From contig OZ244960.1 in assembly GCA_965222605.1 (NCBI GenBank), positions 4,160,001 through 4,224,000 on the forward strand: a stretch of 64,000 nt of DNA, written 5' to 3'. The translations under genes and the position numbers were made by a program. The notes below the pieces were generated by a model. The model made no database searches. It was not told the origin of the DNA and was given only the letters and a program-made list of their open reading frames with translations. Below, piece by piece: positions 40,446-51,028 of this stretch (the first letter of the stretch is position 1; each line of letters opens with the position of its first letter). This DNA comes from Candidatus Latescibacterota bacterium (GTDB taxonomy: Bacteria > Latescibacterota > UBA2968).

Positions 40446-41256
40446 AGGCACCTTTCTCGTGCCGTCCCAATAACCGCTGCATTCGCGCGTTGGCTCCTGT
40501 CCAGACGTACTCTGGCATTCGGTAGTCGATAAATGGATATAACCGCTGCGCGATAATCCGCTGGCTGTACACGACAGACCCCACATAGCGCACTTGATCG
40601 GACTTGTTTTGCGATCCCCGATGCCACACTTGATTGTGGAACAGGCACAGATCACCCGGGTCGGCAATCATGGATACTGGACCCTGTCCATCAAACTCGG
40701 GCGTTTCCGATTTGTCCGGTCGCCTGCCCGCATAATGGCTGCCGGGCACCACTTCTGTGACGCCGTATTCGATGGCATCGGCTCGGCTTAGCGGGAATAA
40801 TACGTTCAATACAAAACACGGCAAGGAGATTTTTTTATTGTGCCGGGGCACATTGTCTGGCAATGGAAAAATCACGCGGTCATCCAGATGCCATCCACCG
40901 CCCTGACCGGGTTCATAACGAATGGCATTTTGCGACATCATGTGGCAATCATCACCCAGGATCGCCTCTGATAGGCTCACAAATGGCTCCCGCGCGATCA
41001 GGTCCCGGAAATTGATGTCATACTCAAACATCCGCATCATACTGATGCCCCGAATATGGTCTCCTTCGGCTTCGTGCATTTTGGGGTCCTGATATTTCCG
41101 CTCCATTGTCTCCCGCAATACCAGTACTTCTTTCTCGGTTAATACGCCTTTTAAAAACAAATACCCATCACGCTGAAATTGCGCTACCAGATCCCGGGTT
41201 TTGTCTGCGCCATAAGGTTTGGCGTTTTTGTCGATTACGCTATTTGTGGTGTACAT
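40438..41256 (-). CDS. PhyH-family dioxygenase (canonical HxD)
   Basis: FQRDGYL, WHLD, VVPGSH, WHRGSQNKS...R. Confidence 0.88.
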   Translation of the reverse strand: MYTTNSVIDKNAKPYGADKTRDLVAQFQRDGYLFLKGVLTEKEVLVLRETMERKYQDPKMHEAEGDHIRGISMMRMFEYDINFRDLIAREPFVSLSEAILGDDCHMMSQNAIRYEPGQGGGWHLDDRVIFPLPDNVPRHNKKISLPCFVLNVLFPLSRADAIEYGVTEVVPGSHYAGRRPDKSETPEFDGQGPVSMIADPGDLCLFHNQVWHRGSQNKSDQVRYVGSVVYSQRIIAQRLYPFIDYRMPEYVWTGANARMQRLLGRHEKGAYG

Positions 41257-41266
41257 CGTTACCTCA

Positions 41267-42730
41267 CTATTTCATTAATCCCAATATATCCTCATACACG
41301 GCCAGGCCACCAAAATAGGTAAAGGCCAGGCCCGAGATTATATTGAGCGCGATGAGAAACCAGCCCATTTGCAATGGGGGCGGGATGAATTTGCGGTCGA
41401 TATAAATCATGGCAAAGCACCAGGGACCGGCGAGAAATACCCCGGTGATGTGCAGTGGGATTGTCATAATCGAAATTGGGTTCCAGCCTACGCCATTCGG
41501 GTCTTGCGTAGCTGTCCACCAGGCATATAGAACCAGTGCGCTACCTGCAATAGCGGTGTAGCCCAGTGTCCATTTTCGCACGTCGTTCAATGATAGGTCG
41601 CGCCATTTGGGGGTTATTGCGCGAATGCTTTCATGCGCTGTGCGGACATATAGTTCATAAGCGCCGTACACGGTGCCAAAAATTGCGAAGAATACCCCGA
41701 GCTTATACAGTCCCGAGAGAAATGCTTTGACGCCCGCGCTTTCGTGCAATGCCGTTAAAAATACGACTTGATGATTGTAGAGATCCATACCGGACGGTAC
41801 GATTTCTCGTGGATGCAACAGGGCAGCGCCCAAAATCAAGAAGGCCGCTGTGAACAATAACACACTGCCAAATGATACGAGTGTATCGATTAGCGGTGCT
41901 TTTAACCACGCCTTGCCCAATTCGATATTTTCCTGGGATTCCGAGATCGCTTCGTGCCCATTGCTGCGTCGGCCAATCAATCCCCACGCCTTTTCGCGCA
42001 ACATGCCCACATATCCCACATAGTCCTGCACCCCGCCGCCGATCACGCCCATATACGCGACCATTTCGACAATTAGCGTGCGGTCTGCAAACATCGGATT
42101 GCGCGATACCCATTCTGGATATACCGGAAATGTGGGTACTATTGCACCCATTAGTGCGGCAACCCAATCGGGATTTGCCGCTACTGTCGCAATTAACATT
42201 ATCAGCAACATCAATCCCACGAGTGAGGTCTGCGCCTTTTCCAATAATCCATAACTTTGTTTCAGGGTTAGCACAATTAAAAATGCGATAAATATCAGGG
42301 CGATCAAATGTGGGGACTGCGCGGGGTCATCAAATAATATCCATGACGAAATTGTGCCGAGCATAATGGGCAGGCTGGATAAATAAAATGGAAAGCTCAC
42401 CACCATCACCAGGCCTACAACCGCTGGAAATAGTCCCCTTGGACCGGGCAATTGCGCCCAGCGCTCCATGGGGTGCTCGCCAGTTAGGGTCATATATCGC
42501 GCTGCGGAATACACTTGAATGACTTTGGTGATACAAAACAGGCTGAATGCCCAGAACATCGCATAGCCGAAAATCGCCCCGCTGCGCGATGCCCACACGG
42601 TTTCTCCGCTGCCGATCGTTACAGATGCGATAATCGCGCCTGGTCCGAAGAATTTTAAAAAATCGCCGACCTTCCGCGAGCGCAATGCCGCCGCCAGTTC
42701 TGGAAATTCCAATTTTTTTGATTCTGTCAT
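41267..42730 (-). CDS. Nramp/APC-superfamily transporter (YcsG-like)
   Basis: 'GPGAIIASVTIGSGE....SRSGA.FGY', 'ARY...TGE'; about 11 TMs. Confidence 0.8.
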   Translation of the reverse strand: MTESKKLEFPELAAALRSRKVGDFLKFFGPGAIIASVTIGSGETVWASRSGAIFGYAMFWAFSLFCITKVIQVYSAARYMTLTGEHPMERWAQLPGPRGLFPAVVGLVMVVSFPFYLSSLPIMLGTISSWILFDDPAQSPHLIALIFIAFLIVLTLKQSYGLLEKAQTSLVGLMLLIMLIATVAANPDWVAALMGAIVPTFPVYPEWVSRNPMFADRTLIVEMVAYMGVIGGGVQDYVGYVGMLREKAWGLIGRRSNGHEAISESQENIELGKAWLKAPLIDTLVSFGSVLLFTAAFLILGAALLHPREIVPSGMDLYNHQVVFLTALHESAGVKAFLSGLYKLGVFFAIFGTVYGAYELYVRTAHESIRAITPKWRDLSLNDVRKWTLGYTAIAGSALVLYAWWTATQDPNGVGWNPISIMTIPLHITGVFLAGPWCFAMIYIDRKFIPPPLQMGWFLIALNIISGLAFTYFGGLAVYEDILGLMK

Positions 42731-42798
42731 GGTTTCTCCTATTGAAAAACCCCAGCCCAACCGATTTTACGGAGGACTGAGGACAGGAAGGTGCGGCA

Positions 42799-43737
42799 TT
42801 ATTTTACGGCTATCGGATTTCCCGGGGAACCCGTCCCGCCTTTTAGGCGCAATGGCGAAAATATAAATGCAAATTCATACACTTGATCTTTAGCCAGTTC
42901 TTCCAGGTCCAGGTTTTCCAGGATGTAAATCCCATGCTGGACGATTAGCAGTTGATGTACGGGAAAAGCCAGCGCGGGATCCTCGCCAGGTACGACTTCT
43001 AAGCCCCAGGTATCGCCTGCGACCATCGCAATTTTTTGATCTACCAGCCACTGGCCCACAGCCATTCCTATACCCGGTTGGCCGGCATTGAATGTTTCGT
43101 TGTCTTTCATCCACAGGGTGCCGTGTCCCGTGCGGAAGATCACCACATCGCCTTCTCCAACCGATACATTCTGCTTTTTTAACGCTCCCTCAACATCTGC
43201 CACTGTAATTACGTATCCGACCTCCAATCGCTCGACACCTTTGTATCCCGCCACGTCTATTAGTACGCCGCGCGTGAAGAATACCCCCACGTTTTCCACG
43301 CCTAATTTTTCCAGGCCATAAGCTTTGCTAAAGTCCGAGCGCTTAAAGCCATTGTAAAATACATCTTCGTTTCCTATCCGCGTGCCAATATGCCCCAATC
43401 CATCGAATTGTGTACCGATTTGACCAATTTCGCCACTGAACATCTCGTCGTGCCACACGAGTTTGTTATCACCGAGCGGCCCACCACTTGGCCCGCCCAC
43501 GATTATCAAACTGTAATGCCTTGAACCAAATAGCGGTATTCCGTGTTCATATACCTTTCCCAATTGATATATTTTGCCCGTTTTGATCAATTTGTTCGCT
43601 TCCATCACTTTGGCAGGTGTCAAACGGTTTGCGGCACCCCGTTGATCTTCGGGACCCCACTCCGATGGGGATTGCTGGGCATATCCCGACACCAGCATCA
43701 AATTGACCAGTAGTGCTACAAACAGTATGCGTTTCAC
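42799..43737 (-). CDS. cyclase-family (kynurenine formamidase-like) metal-dependent hydrolase, secreted
   Basis: WGPEDQRGAAN, GTQFDGLGH, RTG, ENL.LEELA..QVYEF, GGTGSP.NP; GTG start with AAGGAGG. Confidence 0.85.
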   Translation of the reverse strand: MKRILFVALLVNLMLVSGYAQQSPSEWGPEDQRGAANRLTPAKVMEANKLIKTGKIYQLGKVYEHGIPLFGSRHYSLIIVGGPSGGPLGDNKLVWHDEMFSGEIGQIGTQFDGLGHIGTRIGNEDVFYNGFKRSDFSKAYGLEKLGVENVGVFFTRGVLIDVAGYKGVERLEVGYVITVADVEGALKKQNVSVGEGDVVIFRTGHGTLWMKDNETFNAGQPGIGMAVGQWLVDQKIAMVAGDTWGLEVVPGEDPALAFPVHQLLIVQHGIYILENLDLEELAKDQVYEFAFIFSPLRLKGGTGSPGNPIAVK

Positions 43738-43771
43738 GATTTCCCTCCTTTGAAAAGATACAGATTCGCGA

Positions 43772-44644
43772 TTAAGCCTTCTCATAAAGTGCGATGCTTA
43801 CCTGTGTGCCGGGGAATAGCGCAGATGGATATACCCACATATCGTCTCCCCGAATGTACACCCGTTCATCTCCTGAGCGGATATGTAAACGCCCGCTGTT
43901 TTCCTGGCAGATTTGTTTCACAATGTATAGACCCAGCCCCCGCGTATCGCCCCGCGAAACGGTCTTTTGAATTGCCATTTTTATTGCCTGTCCGTGCGAC
44001 CAGTGCGCTGCATCGTGTCCTGTTGATAAGCTTTCGCGAATGCCAATGCCCAGGTCGCATACGCCGATGATCGCAAATTTTCTGTTCAATCTGTGATTGG
44101 TATAGCGTTGCGCGACCACAAACCCTTTATCTCCGCTGTGGTCCAGGATATTGTGACACAATTCGGCTACGACGTTTTTAAATCCCGTAATTTCTCGCAC
44201 GGTATAGTGCAGTTCTTCGCTCAAGATGGTGCCGACCCGCGATTCAATTACACTCAGAACTTGCTCGATATCGCTTCTTTGCTCGATGGTCGTAATTTCC
44301 AGCAGGCTTTCGTTGCGGGTTCGCGGCTGTCCCGTTTGCGGTGCTCGCGCTACTGTCACATAAGACATGAGCGAGTCAAATACTTTCATTCGAGTTAAAT
44401 AACGCTCGACGTCTGAATTCTCGGGCAGTCGGCATGTAATATCCCAGTATTTGGCACTCAGATGTCGGCCAATCAAACACAACATCCCCATCCCATAGGG
44501 ATCGACAAAACCCAAATTTGACAGATCCAGAACGATATTGTCTTCATCTCGCTGCGACGAGAATGCTCCGAGATCGCGCAGTACATTGTCACACGAAACA
44601 GCCGATAAATTCTGTTCCGCTATCGCCAGCGTGTCGTTATTCAT
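43772..44644 (-). CDS. STAS-like + HATPase_c protein
   Basis: 'IVLDLSNLGFVDP.G' STAS-like; 'ELCHNILDHS', 'DLGIGI', 'GLGL', 'FPGTQV' GHKL boxes. Confidence 0.75.
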   Translation of the reverse strand: MNNDTLAIAEQNLSAVSCDNVLRDLGAFSSQRDEDNIVLDLSNLGFVDPYGMGMLCLIGRHLSAKYWDITCRLPENSDVERYLTRMKVFDSLMSYVTVARAPQTGQPRTRNESLLEITTIEQRSDIEQVLSVIESRVGTILSEELHYTVREITGFKNVVAELCHNILDHSGDKGFVVAQRYTNHRLNRKFAIIGVCDLGIGIRESLSTGHDAAHWSHGQAIKMAIQKTVSRGDTRGLGLYIVKQICQENSGRLHIRSGDERVYIRGDDMWVYPSALFPGTQVSIALYEKA

Positions 44645-44648
44645 GTGT

Positions 44649-47084
44649 TTAGTTGCGCACGCGGAATATGGCTCTGCGTTTGGCGCGTTTTTTGACCTGC
44701 AAATCCGTTACTGCGACTTCGAGTTTGTACACGCCGCGCGGCATTTTTGACAGGTCGATTTCCAGGAAGGTGAAGTCGTCGGTTTTGTCGCCTGCATATA
44801 CCGAACTGATCGATGTGCGGCTTTGCTGACCGGCTCGGCGCAGTTCTTCGAGGGACTCGGCCATCAAATTGCGTTCGGCCGGCATGTATTGCACTTCAAA
44901 ATCTACGGTTTTGGCTTTGAGATTTTCTTCACCGCCGGCCATGGCATCGCCAGACTGGGCTTCTTCGTCTGGCATCTCATCTTCGCCACTTGCGCCATCT
45001 GTGCCGTCGAGCGCGCTGCCTGCGGCGAGTATTTCACTACTGGAGCGATCATCTTCTGTTCCTGCTTGCGCCAGTTCTTCAGCGGTTGGCACAATCAGCA
45101 ATCCGCCTACTCTTTTAAGGGCTACGGCACCAAACATCGCGGGATTTACTTCCTCATTATCGGGTACGCTAATGGTGTAGGTGATTTCGTATTGGGTGCG
45201 CCCAAATTCGTCTTTTTTCAGGTTGTAGATTTCCAGATAAACATAGGCCGATTGCCCGGTGCGATACGCGCGGAGAGGATTGGGTGCAATGCGTAGATCC
45301 ATTCGCTTTTCGGGAAAGGGATTGACCAGTTCAATTTTCTTGGCGAGCAACAGATCGCTCATATCCAGGCGCGATTCGGATACGGACAAAAGGCGTTCTG
45401 TGCGGAATGTGCCGATGGAGCCGCTGTTCCTGTCTCCCACTTCGACCACGATATTATACGTGCCCTGGGGAAGTGTCATGGCGCGTTGGCCCAATAAATA
45501 CTGCGGTGTATTGCCCCCTTTGGGCTTCTGTTGCCCGAGCGGGCGCACATTGCGGTAGATATCTCGCCACAGGTAATCGAACATAAATAAACCGTCATCC
45601 ATAACGATCATCTGATCGTCATTTGCTTTTAATTTGCCCGTGGGAATGGCATAAGCGATTTCCATGCGCATATTTTTTCCTGAGCGGAAGGCGGTGATCT
45701 GGTGTGGCATGGAGTATTTTCTGCTCTGGAATGGATCGACAAATCGCGCTTCTTGTTTCTTAAACGCCGCGCGATTTTGTATCTCAAAATACTCTTCGCG
45801 CATCTTATCGCTCGCCCATCGCGTGTTAGTAGATTTTCTGAAGAGCGTTTGTTCTACTTGCCTTGAATCCACATTGCGCGTTCTCAGCGCGTTGGGGTCT
45901 CCGCCTATGACATCCACTGTGCTGCTCGGTCCTACTTCGCCTGCAAATCCCCAACCGTCAACGCCATTCACACTTTGAAAGGTGAACCTGTATCCCCCGT
46001 AATACCACGTTTCTTTGAACATGGGAAATACGCCCGTTGTGCGGCGCCGATATTTTCCGTATTTGATATAGGTTTGTCCGCGAATGGTTTTCCACCCTTC
46101 GATATTCCGCGCGGGTACGCTAAAGCGCAAATTTGCATAGGCCACGCGGCCGTAGTGCTCCATCCGCCGCTCGTTGTGATTGGTCAAAAATAGGGGATCG
46201 TTCTTGTTCCAGAATTGCGTCAATGCCTCAGAATCCTTCCACTCGCCATCTTCGCCTACTTGCATGGCTTTTGAGATGCGCGCATTGTCTTCTTTTGAAG
46301 CGATGAGATCCACGGATTCCATCATTTTGCGCTGTTCGGATTCCATGGCTGCAATGGCCTGCTCATACAATTTGTTCGCCTCTAAAAGCTCTCCCTTAAG
46401 TTGATGCGAGTAGGCCAAGAACAACTGTGCGTTGGTATCGCCAGGGAATCTCCGCATCATCCGCCGCATCACCCGTTGCATCGCAGGGATTCTTCTGTGT
46501 TCCAGATGAGCCAGTCCCAACAGATAATAGGAGTCCTGATAGTCCGCATCGACCTCCAGGCTTTTTTCCAATAGCATCACGGCCTGGTCGTATTCGTTCT
46601 TGGCAAAAGTTCGAATGGCTCGCCGCTGCGGTATTACCCGGTCGCGCGTGATCATGTATTCGCCGAATATATGGCGTCCGGCATCGTAGGCTGCAACGGC
46701 TGCATTGGGAAATTTTTCAATGACTTTTTCGTAATGCGCCTTTGCCTCGCGCTGAAACCCCCTGTTCCACAATGCCTCGCCGTGCAAGAGCTGATATTGC
46801 AGATTTTCCGGGTCAATCCGAATCGCTTTTTCACTAACTTCTACTGCGCGGCGTCGAAACTCGGGCGTGTCCAGGCGAATGTAGAGGCGTGTCAGTTGTG
46901 CAAGCGCTGGGGCGTATTTGCCGTTTTTCTTGAGTAATTGCTTAAATTCTTCTGCACTTTCTTTGGGTTCAATCTCATTCATGCGCGCGAGTGCGGCGTG
47001 ATACAGCGAATCTACTTCGCTCTGTGCAGCCCATGCCGGTGCCGCGATCAGGCAGCCGAGGATCAAAAGCGGGCGTATTGTCAT
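44649..47084 (-). CDS. TPR + GWxTD-domain secreted protein (paralog 4)
   Basis: FWNKNDP...NERRMEHYGRVAYAN...EGWKTIRGQTYIKYG; YVYLEIYNLKKDEFGRTQY. Confidence 0.82.
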   Translation of the reverse strand: MTIRPLLILGCLIAAPAWAAQSEVDSLYHAALARMNEIEPKESAEEFKQLLKKNGKYAPALAQLTRLYIRLDTPEFRRRAVEVSEKAIRIDPENLQYQLLHGEALWNRGFQREAKAHYEKVIEKFPNAAVAAYDAGRHIFGEYMITRDRVIPQRRAIRTFAKNEYDQAVMLLEKSLEVDADYQDSYYLLGLAHLEHRRIPAMQRVMRRMMRRFPGDTNAQLFLAYSHQLKGELLEANKLYEQAIAAMESEQRKMMESVDLIASKEDNARISKAMQVGEDGEWKDSEALTQFWNKNDPLFLTNHNERRMEHYGRVAYANLRFSVPARNIEGWKTIRGQTYIKYGKYRRRTTGVFPMFKETWYYGGYRFTFQSVNGVDGWGFAGEVGPSSTVDVIGGDPNALRTRNVDSRQVEQTLFRKSTNTRWASDKMREEYFEIQNRAAFKKQEARFVDPFQSRKYSMPHQITAFRSGKNMRMEIAYAIPTGKLKANDDQMIVMDDGLFMFDYLWRDIYRNVRPLGQQKPKGGNTPQYLLGQRAMTLPQGTYNIVVEVGDRNSGSIGTFRTERLLSVSESRLDMSDLLLAKKIELVNPFPEKRMDLRIAPNPLRAYRTGQSAYVYLEIYNLKKDEFGRTQYEITYTISVPDNEEVNPAMFGAVALKRVGGLLIVPTAEELAQAGTEDDRSSSEILAAGSALDGTDGASGEDEMPDEEAQSGDAMAGGEENLKAKTVDFEVQYMPAERNLMAESLEELRRAGQQSRTSISSVYAGDKTDDFTFLEIDLSKMPRGVYKLEVAVTDLQVKKRAKRRAIFRVRN

Positions 47085-47120
47085 GGGAGAGCTCCTTGTA
47101 AGGGATTCTGGTGAGGGGTC

Positions 47121-48194
47121 TTAAAATCTGTAAAATGCTTTTGCATTTTCGTACAGAATTTTTCCCAACAATGCATCCGACAAGCCCCTGGGAATTGCGT
47201 CTATCGGCGCGTCGAAATGATAGTGTGGATAGTCTGTTGAAAACATCAGCATGTCATCGGAGTCCAGATGTCCTATGACTTGCAACAGATGTTCGGCTTC
47301 TGGCGGGGCGTCCAGGGGCTGTAGCGTCATCCGAATGTGTTCGCGGATGTATTCCGACGGTGGGCGTTTGACCCACGGGATATCGCGCCGCAGCCCTTTC
47401 CACTCTTTATCCATGCGCCACATCCATGCCGGCATCCATGTCCAGCCGCCTTCGATGAGTATCACGCGCAATTCTGGAAACCGATCAAACGCGCCTTCTA
47501 CCACCAGACTCATGACCTGTGACTGAAATATTTGCGCCATGTCGGCCATTTCTTCGGCGTAGGTCGAAGGCCAACCAACGGGCGTGGGCGGCAGACTCGA
47601 TGCGCCGCCGTAGTGTATCCCAATGGCGAGATCGCGTTTTACCGCTGCTTCGAATAATGGGTCGTACACGCGCTTGCCATAAGGTTGATATGATCTGACC
47701 GGCACAATGACCTGCACAAAGCCCGGATGATCGCCAAACCGTTCGATTTCGCGTGCGGCGAGTACTGGATTTTGGCTGGACACTACGAGGGAGGCGCGCA
47801 ATCGCTCGTCTTTGTTTAACCACGCGTCGATTTGCCACTGGTTGATCGCGGTAGCAAGCGATGCGGACAAGTCCTCGTTGTGTACGCTTTGTACGCGATA
47901 AGCACAGGTTAAGATCCCGATTTCGACATCCCATGCGTCCAGTGCCTGTTTTTTTAGCAATTCAAAATCAGACCCCGGTGGACCATTTTTCGGCTTTGTG
48001 CCTTTTCGCGCAGATGTGGGTGCTCGCGCGGGATAATCACTTGCATTGGGTCCCACAAATGCCGATTCGTTAATGTACGCAACCCAGTGTTCTTCCAGAT
48101 ATGGAATCAGGGTGTCCAAACTGGGCAATTCGTTGTGAATATCACAGTCGATGATGGGGTGATAAAAGGGGTTGGCAGGTGTATTGCGCGCCAT
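47121..48194 (-). CDS. amidohydrolase_2 family protein
   Basis: IIDCDIH, GIH.GG, EGAFDRFPELRVILIEGG, MFSTDYPH. Confidence 0.88.
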   Translation of the reverse strand: MARNTPANPFYHPIIDCDIHNELPSLDTLIPYLEEHWVAYINESAFVGPNASDYPARAPTSARKGTKPKNGPPGSDFELLKKQALDAWDVEIGILTCAYRVQSVHNEDLSASLATAINQWQIDAWLNKDERLRASLVVSSQNPVLAAREIERFGDHPGFVQVIVPVRSYQPYGKRVYDPLFEAAVKRDLAIGIHYGGASSLPPTPVGWPSTYAEEMADMAQIFQSQVMSLVVEGAFDRFPELRVILIEGGWTWMPAWMWRMDKEWKGLRRDIPWVKRPPSEYIREHIRMTLQPLDAPPEAEHLLQVIGHLDSDDMLMFSTDYPHYHFDAPIDAIPRGLSDALLGKILYENAKAFYRF

Positions 48195-48208
48195 GGTAAC
48201 TGTCCTGA

Positions 48209-49021
48209 TTAATATCCCGCTCCGCGACAATACTGATACATTTTGGCACTTCGGGTCGCTTCATCTATCGCGTTTTCGCCCTCGCGAATCGGCGCGCCCG
48301 GGCAGGCTGTTACCCACCGATCATATCCCATATCTTCAAGTACGTTTGCCAGATCGGGAAAGTCCAATGCCTCGGCTATGCCGACAGAGACCCAGGCGGG
48401 CGTAAATCGCTCCTCTGCATCCCGCGTGATATTCTCATCTGCCCAATCCTGCAAATGGACGTAATTGAGCTGGTCTTGAAAGTCGCGCAACGATTGGGCG
48501 GCGTCATAGTCCCAGAGTTGTGCGTGCGATACGTCGATACACAGTTTTGCTTTCTCGAGGTGTTGCATATACAGCGTCCAGTCTTCTTTGGAATCTACCA
48601 GCAGATTTGTGTGGATGTGATAACTCAATTCCAGATCGTATTGCGCCGCGTAATCAGCCCAGTTGTCTGCCGCTTCAGCCGCCTGTTTAATATCGTCTTC
48701 GGTGATGTCCCGATCTTTGGGTTTGGGACCGCTCATGTACATAAAGCAATCCACTTCCATCTCGGCGGCAAAATCAATTCGCCGCTTGTTGCGTTCCTGG
48801 TGTTCTCGATCGGATATTTCGGGCGATCCCTGCGCTGTGTACACCACCATGGGCAGCCCGACATTGTCACAAATTTTCCGAACTCGACCCGCTGGTCCCA
48901 ACCAATCCAGCGGCAATCGACATTCCCAGCCGTCCCAGCCCGCTTTTTTCAGGGCTTCAAGAGCGCGCTCCAGATCTGGATTTCTCCATCGCAATGCACA
49001 GTATCCGAGTTTAAATGCCAT
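48209..49021 (-). CDS. sugar-phosphate isomerase/epimerase (IolE/xylose isomerase-like TIM barrel)
   Basis: GWDGWE, YHIH, CIDVSH, YVHLQD, GYDRW. Confidence 0.78.
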   Translation of the reverse strand: MAFKLGYCALRWRNPDLERALEALKKAGWDGWECRLPLDWLGPAGRVRKICDNVGLPMVVYTAQGSPEISDREHQERNKRRIDFAAEMEVDCFMYMSGPKPKDRDITEDDIKQAAEAADNWADYAAQYDLELSYHIHTNLLVDSKEDWTLYMQHLEKAKLCIDVSHAQLWDYDAAQSLRDFQDQLNYVHLQDWADENITRDAEERFTPAWVSVGIAEALDFPDLANVLEDMGYDRWVTACPGAPIREGENAIDEATRSAKMYQYCRGAGY

Positions 49022-49042
49022 GATAATCTCCTTTCTCCCACT

Positions 49043-50281
49043 TTATCTAAACAGTTTCCGATATTCTCGATCAAATGCGTCCAATCCGTCATCCAGTTTT
49101 AATTCCAGACGAATGCCCGGTAGAAAGCCCGTTAGTTTGCCCGCTAAGAAATCGTCGCGATAGCTTCCGTCTGGATAATGGGTCTGTCGTCCGTCGGGCC
49201 AGCATATTGTGTGAATCTGTCGCTTTTCTTCGAGCTTAAAATCTGGATCAACGCGATAGCGCTCAATGACATCCCAGTCCAGTTCAATACCCAATCCCGG
49301 TGCATTGGGTACGCGAATATGCCCTCCTTCTACTTTGAAATCTTTGACGAGTGGATGCGTCCAAATGTTCACGCAGGGGATCGCGGGCCAGCGCGCATGA
49401 GATAATACAGCGCCCAAATGCACGCCCCACATGGTGGTCAATCCCGATCCCACCAGTTGTAGCCAGAATGGCATGTTGGCTTCTGCAGCGAGGGTGCCCT
49501 GTTTCATGACGCGACTCGCACCACCGCCTACGACAAATCCGTCGCATACGCCCTCGCGCACTGCTGTCATAAAGGGCGGATTGCCAAAGTGCATGGCGAT
49601 TGGACTGGCAATTTTTTCCCGCAACAGGGCGTTGCCCGCTACGTCGTTTTGCGGTATTGGCGTTTCGACCATTGCCAGTTGGCTATACGTGTCTTCCAAC
49701 CGCCGAATCAAGGGCGCGGCTTGATCCACGCCGAGCAATAGACCATTGAAATCTGCATCGATCTTAAAATAATCCGGTACAAATTTTTTTATGGCTGCAA
49801 GTTGTGCTTCGGGATAAAACCAGGGGCGCGCCTTTACCTTCATTGTCGTGAATCCGTGATCTATTGCTGCCTGTGCTTCCATAACCCATTCTTCGGGGGT
49901 GCGGTCCTGAGACCACCACGATACGGGACACGTTTCTCGATATTGCACACCCATTAGTTTGTGACACGGCACACCGAGTGTTTTTCCCGCTGCGTCGAAG
50001 AGTGCCATTTGCAAGCCCGCGCCGAGGCTGTCATCCCACAAAAAATCGAATATGTTCTTTCCGCGCACGCGGGCAAATTGCTTTTCATTCGATTGTCCCC
50101 ACGTATATCGCGTCAGGGTTTCGCCATATCCGGTTACTCCCGCAGAGGTCGTTATTTTGCACACATCTACAAGTGCCCAAAATGGAACCCGAGTTTGTTT
50201 TACCTTTGCACACCGCGGATGAAATGGGACGTGCAGAAGAATGTGTTCAATATCCGCAACTTCGCAGTCTTTGGAGGTCAT
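49043..50281 (-). CDS. mandelate racemase/muconate lactonizing enzyme (enolase superfamily)
   Basis: MALFDAAGK.LGVP, KVKARPW, DADFN, ETPI, PGLGIELD. Confidence 0.85.
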   Translation of the reverse strand: MTSKDCEVADIEHILLHVPFHPRCAKVKQTRVPFWALVDVCKITTSAGVTGYGETLTRYTWGQSNEKQFARVRGKNIFDFLWDDSLGAGLQMALFDAAGKTLGVPCHKLMGVQYRETCPVSWWSQDRTPEEWVMEAQAAIDHGFTTMKVKARPWFYPEAQLAAIKKFVPDYFKIDADFNGLLLGVDQAAPLIRRLEDTYSQLAMVETPIPQNDVAGNALLREKIASPIAMHFGNPPFMTAVREGVCDGFVVGGGASRVMKQGTLAAEANMPFWLQLVGSGLTTMWGVHLGAVLSHARWPAIPCVNIWTHPLVKDFKVEGGHIRVPNAPGLGIELDWDVIERYRVDPDFKLEEKRQIHTICWPDGRQTHYPDGSYRDDFLAGKLTGFLPGIRLELKLDDGLDAFDREYRKLFR

Positions 50282-50296
50282 TTTGAACTCTCTTTG

Positions 50297-50968
50297 TTAT
50301 ACGATCAATTGACCGATATCGCAATTGTGGGCGTCGCAGTACCACAGGACCCCGCCGTGCATGGTCATGCCGTGTACTTCATCGGGGGCTTCTACGCGAA
50401 TTACATCGTACACGCGCCCATCTGCTGTGCCGAGTAAATTTACCGTGCCTGCGGATGTATCCGCAACCCATAGTTTGTCGTCTTGCCAGGCCAATCCGTG
50501 GTTGCGGAGGCCCGGTGTTCGAAATGTGTGTTCTTCTGTCCATGTCTCGGCATCTACCACATGTACAAATTGCGAGGGTGGAGACGCAATATAAATTTTG
50601 CCATCGCGCCATTCCAATCCGTGTGCGCCGGTTTCTGAGGCTCCTTCCATGCCTTCGCGCAAGGACGTGACACCAACGCCGGGAGAATCGTATTTTGCAA
50701 TGGTTTTGCCTGTTTCCATGTCGAGTTTTGCAATTTGCAACTCAAATGTGGATGCAATCCACACATACCCGCCACCGAGTGTAATCCCACTGGAATGATC
50801 TGTGTCTGTTTGCGCCTCAAATAGCACGTCGCCCGTTTCCCAATCTACTTTGTAAATTTTTAGATCCACTTGATCTATAATCCACAGGCCATCTGGCGCG
50901 GCTTGCAAGCCATTGGGCTGGGGACCTGGACTCTTGAAACGCGTTTCGACCTTTGCTATTTTAATCAT
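50297..50968 (-). CDS. small beta-propeller protein (glutaminyl cyclase/YncE-like)
   Basis: Repeated 'HGL.W.DGK.W/Y' blades. Confidence 0.6.
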   Translation of the reverse strand: MIKIAKVETRFKSPGPQPNGLQAAPDGLWIIDQVDLKIYKVDWETGDVLFEAQTDTDHSSGITLGGGYVWIASTFELQIAKLDMETGKTIAKYDSPGVGVTSLREGMEGASETGAHGLEWRDGKIYIASPPSQFVHVVDAETWTEEHTFRTPGLRNHGLAWQDDKLWVADTSAGTVNLLGTADGRVYDVIRVEAPDEVHGMTMHGGVLWYCDAHNCDIGQLIV

Positions 50969-51028
50969 GGTTATAGCTCCTGTTCGTTAGCTGTTAATGT
51001 GAATTAAGGATTAAAAGCACCCCCCATC

